The position numbers and the translations under genes were made by a program. From Rebecca billardiae RCC1528 (Eukaryota; Protista; Haptophyta), in NCBI GenBank assembly GCA_965240325.2, contig OZ251241.1, positions 620,001 to 684,000 on the forward strand: a stretch of 64,000 bases of DNA, read 5' to 3'. This document shows positions 58,501 through 64,000 of the stretch, piece by piece. A model generated the notes under the pieces. The model was given only the letters and a program-made list of their open reading frames with translations, was not told where the DNA came from and searched no databases. Position 1 is the first letter of the stretch; each line of letters opens with the position of its first letter.

Positions 58501-58540
58501 TGAGCGCGCCCGCGCGCATGCAGCCGCCAGCCACGCCTAG
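55520..58540 (+). CDS. type II membrane two-domain glycosyltransferase (fucosyltransferase-like + GT-A GT2/GT7-like)
   Basis: N-terminal anchor; HGLSNRLR, WPLDEHCNASFSELF, SAHIR, WSSFS; then LVAACKGR, LVDWGS, KVDCD, GGYDERLDAYGWDDSDLYERL; single 1006-aa ORF. Confidence 0.8.
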   Translation: MAALRGRRAYVVVTLLLALTLLAWVLRAPVHAPVLIAPPRRASPDDDATLARRAECAARRELAAAIRACSSGAIVVSGACGVGDVGAADGDGSRPMDALALATLLRYARAAFGCASPPGARAHAARRSLVIQVAHGLSNRLRAYASARALADATGRLLLVVWPLDEHCNASFSELFEAPRRATVRLVPAGSGAHAADGARGVAAADGADTDELVLDAIEPGAFRAPGFAVYNYMEVAGGPATARKYALIRDRTDGWAGHMHVYVRSAYLLVSESADDREAGARARLAGALARLRPVAPVSRMLDGLRARLRAAPNASCISAHIRMVADQEADVPGVRADADAERGLGAMLDAVEHRRRCRWESFVPAMARACAGAGAARACTFVLAADDAEGARALADSLARGSGGAALQRSPLLSVQPQGVAPRECAAGSPARRGAACLRVALAEQLALAQCGLLLASDWSSFSEVVPLWAAGRTVDVASGCAPAAAPAAGARAAGARAAGAGGKGGRHAGSRGARAGRKGPRAARANVTVPGALLGSERAAAELAAARARRDALAEALGSQGQARPQCTPVSLVAACKGRHEALARTLPSWMRVRCAREVVLVDWGSEPPLRDTAARAIAAVGRSDGARACVLLVRAPREARWALSRAYNLGLRLARAPVVAKVDCDTLATPALVDAHLAALLGPERRGGRSFLAGDWRLSADENEAHLNGVFVAPASAVRAVGGYDERLDAYGWDDSDLYERLETAAAVRRLPLLEGVARHLPHSDVARVENQLLPRAAPSAEHRGGARRGQGRVPAEPRAEQPAGDGAARAPPALSTDAAQAWTRVSIQANRALLAEVDSWHDFCASAAPLRARPEAEVAAAEGQERALVGGAERCPWRADAPTEPARACGTEYAASGWRAVAPADGAAGPARADGAALPPPPLFFELEVVATNTTPTLTQLLGAEHVHRVRTRIASERERLLERLQRRAGGAQPRHQRPRLAELEQRARERARAHAAASHA

Positions 58541-58566
58541 GGGGAGGTTCTGTCGCGATCTATAGC

Positions 58567-58567
<1 letters not shown>

Positions 58568-58625
<58 letters not shown>
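58568..58625. repeat. (TA)n microsatellite
   Basis: Direct read. Confidence 0.95.
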
Positions 58626-58628
<3 letters not shown>

Positions 58629-59510
58629 CATCGGTAATATGATACCGGATGAGACTGCTGCTGACGATGACGACATATCATTGTCAGCGCATCAGCAGCA
58701 CATGCATTCATCTGACGCGAATTATGCTGTACGACACACTGTGCGGTCCGACGCACATATATATATATACATGCCGTCGTAGTGATGTTAAGACGCATCA
58801 TTGACATTGATAATGTGACGACTGTGTATGTAACGTGGCCGCTGCATCCGTGATCCTGTGCAGTGCATGCCCAGGTGCCGCGAGCTGCTGGCGGAGCTCC
58901 GTATAGCTGTCACTGATGATGAGTCACTGACGATGATACTATCGTAGTCTCCGCGTATAGTCAGAGGTGCCGGCAGTCGGGGCCGTGGGTACCTTGGCAG
59001 CCGGCGCCACCGCCGCTCCCACGTCCTGCTGTCTTGGCGATACGCCCTTGCATCGCTCCACACCAACTGCTCGGCGCCCTCCAGAGCAGCAGGGCGAACT
59101 CCTCGCGACGAGGGCGGCGACGACGTCCTCGTCGTCGCTGCTCACCAGGATGGCGAGCAGCATATCATCCACGGCTCGGCGAAGTGCCCCAGGCTCGCGT
59201 ACAACCCCACCTGCCATGGTTCTCACCGCGCCCACAATCGTGAGGCACGCGCCGAACGTGAGCGTCGGGATCTGCACGCGCAGCCTGCGCCGACAACCCT
59301 GCTCGCGCAGCCATGCGATGTGGCCCGCGACCACTTGGCCATCGGTGGGCGGCGCAGGCCCCGACTCGAGGGCGGGAGCCACGGTCGCATCCCGGCCGGC
59401 CGCCCAACGTATCGGTGACGGCGTGACGCCCATCATTCCATCAACCGAATATGGGGGTAACCAACCGCTCGCTGACGTCTTCCGTGCATGCACATGTCCC
59501 AGTCGTGACG

Positions 59511-59975
59511 ATGGCGGCTTCCATCGCAATCATCTTCGTCTCGCTCGTCGCTCTTCCGGCCGACGCGCACCTCGTCGGGCTTGCGCGACGCCCGGCAGTC
59601 TCTGCTACCCGCTTCGTACGTGCCATCACTCCGCCCAGCCAGGCTGAGGTGGAGAAGGCCGTGCGCACTGTGCAGCGCACCGTGAATCGCAACGCGCAGG
59701 TGAAAAAAGAGCTCGGCCAGATGGATGCCTGCATCAAGGTGCTGGGGGCTGGGCGGCAGGGCAGCGTGCTTGCCGTGCGGTTCCAAGGGCGATTTAAGCG
59801 TGGGGGAATGGGTCGTGTCACCGTGCCGTTGCCCTTCATGCTGGGCCAGACGACGGTGCCGCAGGGCCGCGGCAACGGGTACGCAAGCGTAGCCGCCAAG
59901 GTCGAGGGTAGCAAGGTCGTCTCCTGCTTCCTCGAGAAGGACGGTGGGTATGGATCTCGAATCAACGTCGCGTGA
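59511..59975 (+). CDS. small basic protein with bipartite signal/transit-like leader (possibly plastid-targeted)
   Basis: MAASIAIIFVSLVALPADA + R/S/T-rich segment + globular Lys/Gly-rich domain. Confidence 0.6.
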   Translation: MAASIAIIFVSLVALPADAHLVGLARRPAVSATRFVRAITPPSQAEVEKAVRTVQRTVNRNAQVKKELGQMDACIKVLGAGRQGSVLAVRFQGRFKRGGMGRVTVPLPFMLGQTTVPQGRGNGYASVAAKVEGSKVVSCFLEKDGGYGSRINVA

Positions 59976-60681
59976 GTACCCATCGCCAGTGCGAAAAAGG
60001 ACTCCGGCCCTCTTGACCGCGCCGATATGAGCACATCATCATATTTTAACGTACTATCTATACACTGCAATCTGATCAGCGCCTGTGGCGTCGCACGCCT
60101 TCGCGGCACTCGGCGACTCGCCTCACTCGCGGTGCCAGTGTCTCGTGACTGACGTGACACGTACGTGTCGCGTCGTCATCCGCCGCGATTAAATAGATCG
60201 ATGACGAAGTTGATGGCTCCACTGCGCTCCGGTACTAATACACCGCTGTCCGCTGACGAAGCGGAAGTCCTAGACCTATATATATATATATAATCTTTTT
60301 TAAAAATTCCCCTTTATAATATATAACGGGCTCCGGGTGATCAGACTGGCGGCCGAAGCCTCCAGCCCTACCCTGGCCAGCCCCCAACCAAATCTGAACC
60401 GTGCCGAGCACCATTGCCGCTACATATAGTGATGCGCAGTGCTGGCGCGGTAGGCCGGTGCAGTCCGCCATTGATAATAATAATTTATTAATCGCGGCGG
60501 TATGGCGCGACACCGGGCCGGATCACGTACTGTACGAATATTTTTCCGGCGGCGCTACCATCGGCGACGGCTTCATGGGCGGTGACAGTTGGCGGGCGTC
60601 AATCTCGCCTGCCTGAGCTGTGTGCGTCTCTTATTCTAAATGTTCTTAGTAAACTGTAGTCGTGCCTCGGCAGTGCCATCA

Positions 60682-61584
60682 TCACCATTGCAGCTCGCGC
60701 AGCCACTCTGCGTAGTAGTCGCACCGGCTCGGCGAGATCTCGTTGCCCTCCTGGCAGCTCCCGGCGAGCGAGCACGCCGCGCACGGCATCTGCACGAGCG
60801 CGCTGCTCGCGCCGCGCGTGCATGTCGCGCGGTACGTGCCGGCAGCGCTGCTGCCGCCGCCGGCTGCGGGCGCGCGCGCGGGCAGCGGCGGGCTCCGCTC
60901 GAGCAGCCCGTCGTGCACGAGCACGTCGAGCAGCGCGCGCACGTCGTCTGCGCGCAGCTCGACCTTCGAGAGGTTCGACTCGTGCACGCAGCGGTGCACC
61001 GCCTCGACCGACACCGGCTCGGGCTGGCGCTGCACATACTCGTGGCACTTGCTCAGCAGCGCGGCGATGAACTCGTGGTCAAGCTCATGCTCGTCGTTGT
61101 AGAACGGCTCGTGTGGCGGCTCGAGGTCGTAGCGCATGTACATCTTCTTGTTCTTCGACGCGACGGACTTGACCGCCTTGATCAGCTTGCGCGCCTCGAG
61201 CGTCTTCAGGATCTTCGGCACCTGCACCTGCTGCAAGTTGGAGCGGATGCGGATGTCGCGCGTCCACATGCCCGCGTTGCCCGACGACTCGATGAGCTGC
61301 AGCACGAGCCGCTCGTCGGGGTTGAGCCCGCGCAGGCGCGCGGCCTCGTGCGGATTCTCCTGCAGCTTGTACACCGGTGTGTGGTCCGAGAGCTGGCTCA
61401 GCAGCAGCGCGCCCTCGCGCAGGAGCCGGTTGACTGCATCGGCGGTACCCTCCGGCGTTGCGCCATCGCCAAACGCCTCGCGCAGCCCGGAGTCGAGCGC
61501 GCCCTGCTTGAGCCCGGCCACGCCAGCCTGCTTGATCAGCCGCCGCACCGTCTCGGTGTACGCCACCGGCGTTGGCGACGCCAT
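60682..61584 (-). CDS. POLR3F: RNA polymerase III subunit RPC6/RPC34
   Basis: ERLVLQLIESSGNAGMWTRDIR...ILKTLEARKLIKAVKSV...KKMYMRYDLEP; C-terminal PCAAC-x4-C...ISPSRCDYYAEW Fe-S motif; ATG 61584. Confidence 0.93.
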   Translation of the reverse strand: MASPTPVAYTETVRRLIKQAGVAGLKQGALDSGLREAFGDGATPEGTADAVNRLLREGALLLSQLSDHTPVYKLQENPHEAARLRGLNPDERLVLQLIESSGNAGMWTRDIRIRSNLQQVQVPKILKTLEARKLIKAVKSVASKNKKMYMRYDLEPPHEPFYNDEHELDHEFIAALLSKCHEYVQRQPEPVSVEAVHRCVHESNLSKVELRADDVRALLDVLVHDGLLERSPPLPARAPAAGGGSSAAGTYRATCTRGASSALVQMPCAACSLAGSCQEGNEISPSRCDYYAEWLRELQW

Positions 61585-61750
61585 CGCCGCGCGACCGTCC
61601 ACGAGTGTCAAGCAGGCTGTCGCGTCTAGATGACAGCCATCGTGCGGGCACGCGCAGGCCACCGCGGTGCCCGTGCGGACCCGTCACACCGTTGGGGCGG
61701 CGCGGCGCCACGGGGAGCGCGAGCGGCGCGCGCCACGGGCCGCCGGCGCG

Positions 61751-62335
61751 ATGGACGACCTCGAGGACGACGACCCGGTGGAGGACAAGGTGCCCTCCGT
61801 GCCCATCGGCGTGAAGAAGCTGCGCGCGTGCCTCGTCTCTAAGATCGTCAAGACGGAGGCGCAGTTCCTCGAGGAGGGCTGTGAGAACGTGCCGGAGCTG
61901 CCGATTCGCGGCGATCACGACGCGATGCTGCAGTGCACCACGCCCCACTTCGACGGGTGCGACGCCCACGCGCGCAAACCAGTCGTCCGCGCGCGGCCAC
62001 CCGGCGCGCGTCGCGCCTTGACGGCCGCCAATGCCCATCCCGCGCCGCTGCCGCCACCCACGCGCCTGCTGGCAGGATGGTCGCCCTGATGGAGCCGGAG
62101 AAGAGCTGGGTCGGCAGGTGGCAGGGCATCTGTACGCCCGCCGCGCATGCGCGCGCGCGCTGTCGCCGCCGCCGCGGCTCACGCGCGCACTCGGCGCGAC
62201 TGCGATGTTGCGCCCGCAGCCAAGCTGCACCCTGGGTGCTACGCGCTCAAGGTGTACGGCAACCTGGCGCCAGAAATGGTCGACATCCTCGAGGAGAACG
62301 GCATCGCGTACACGCCCAACGAGGAGGACGACTGA
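61751..62335 (+). CDS. SPT4: transcription elongation factor SPT4
   Basis: LRACLVSKIVKT..QF...GCENV...CTTPHFDGMVALMEPEKSWVGRWQ...PGCYALKVYGNL; introns 61957-62075 and 62132-62219. Confidence 0.92.
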
Positions 62336-62985
62336 GCGGGGCGGGGGATGCGCTGGGGCTCGCGTCGAACACGGGGTGGGCTGCACAGGCTAGGTGCTGG
62401 CGCAGCAACCGCGCCCGTGCACGAGCCGACCCCGGCGGGCGCGGCGTGCGCTGCAGCCAAGTTGTCCGCCACTCCGCCCACTCGTCGGTCATGTCGTCAT
62501 CACGGCATGAGCATCATGGTAGTCGCCGGAATCGGACGACGACTGACTCTGTCAAGGCCGTATGTCGGCATGACTACGGCATCAAATGATGCAGTACACG
62601 TACGCGCAGCCGGATGGATTCGGTGATGATGAGACAGGATGAGTGCGGATCTGTGCAGTGGATGGATGTCGTGATATTGTTGGATCTAATAACTCAGCAT
62701 GTTATGCCGCGCCGACGAGTGACGATGACTATCTGTCATCTGATACTACAGCATGCGACTACTCAGTCAGCGCCAGTCGCCGGGGGCCCGCGCGGAGTCA
62801 GGGACTAGCAGCAGGGACAGTCCCGCGCCCGCCGCGCGGGCGCGGCCAGCACGTTGCGTGCAGTCGTTCAGGCACCGCCACCACTACTTCTGGCAGGCAC
62901 GGTCTGGCACCGAGCCGTCGGAGCCTAAAAGACTATAAAAGTTTTATATACTGAGTGAGTAAAAGTAAGTTAAAGTAGTAGTAGC

Positions 62986-63298
<313 letters not shown>

Positions 63299-63456
63299 CG
63301 ACTACGACAGTCACGGACCGCGGACGCGTGCGCTAAGACTAACTAAGTGCATGCAGCGCTGCTAAGTAGTGCTGATGCTAACCGCGCCGCCATCTTTATT
63401 CTCTGCCCGGCGGCCCATCGGCATCAATCAGATCAGGCCACCAGATGAATTACATA

Positions 63457-63894
63457 GTGGGGTCAGAGCTCCGACCGTTACACTCTCGGGTGCCACAATC
63501 TCCCGAAATCTCTTAGCATGAACTATCACACGGGTATTTACTTGGACGAACTAGTTATAGTATAGCTAGGCGTTAAGGCTTAATTCCAGGGTGTAGAATC
63601 CGCCTGTGCCAATTTCAGACTGATGCCAAAATGTGATCTAGACGGTGCGATTCTGGTGCAAATAGCGAGATCACCTTGGAGATCGTGTATCTCCCCTACT
63701 AATGAGTGCCCGAGATCGCGTCGAGATTGAGGTCGTATATCTCCAGTATGTGACATTTTTTCGCAAAACTTGTCAGCGTGACCCCAGCTCATTTCAGGCC
63801 GAATATTGACATCCCGAAGTTTGAGAGCCTCATCTCAAGACGACAGGAAGTTGGATTTTGGGCCACGCACCCCCCAGTGGGGCTCTGACCCGCC
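63457..63894. mobile_element. MITE family M1 copy B
   Basis: TA|GTGGGGTCAGAGC ... GCTCTGACCCGCC|TA; homologous to 10363-10816. Confidence 0.85.
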
Positions 63895-64000
63895 TAGAAA
63901 GTATGAATTACAGGTTGAATACGCCGTACTAGCTAATAATTGGCAGACGGCGGACGCGAATAATCGGCCTGGTATAGTGAGTGCCGCCGGCGCCGCGCCC

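Noticed and set aside
58939-59436. Minus-strand ORF head-to-head with 59511
   Set aside because: No motif and only ~75 bp from the neighbouring ATG; cannot be supported without expression data.

Overview
Very GC-rich eukaryotic nuclear DNA with short GT(GCG)...GCAG introns. A haptophyte-like alga is my inference from composition, intron style and selenoprotein content; it is not proven. Most ORF-track entries are GC-rich shadow frames. About 20 host genes are supportable: ZnT9/SLC30A9-like transporter (partial), alpha/beta hydrolase, ARM+IQ protein, isochorismatase-family hydrolase, dual-specificity phosphatase, sulfotransferase, amidohydrolase, TM+TIR-like protein, DnaJ protein, ALA2-like P4-ATPase, a two-domain glycosyltransferase, RPC6/RPC34, SPT4, several membrane proteins and two tRNA-Ala(CGC). 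Nearly all protein genes sit in tight head-to-head pairs, with mobile DNA in the tail-to-tail gaps. Highlights: (1) a membrane selenoprotein (MSP-like) broken in the ORF track by two in-frame TGA codons, with a 3'-UTR SECIS whose apical motif lacks AA; (2) a Ngaro/PAT-type tyrosine-recombinase retrotransposon (A1-gag-pol-YR-B1-A2-B2) whose empty target is present elsewhere in the window, showing a 2-nt CC crossover, and whose gag and pol are in frame across one UAG followed by a stem-loop; (3) Helentron-type non-autonomous elements with subterminal inverted repeats and a 3' hairpin; (4) an inverted-repeat-bounded 3-kb segment carrying a BAH-domain gene; (5) several TA-flanked MITE-like families and a micro-duplication mutational signature.
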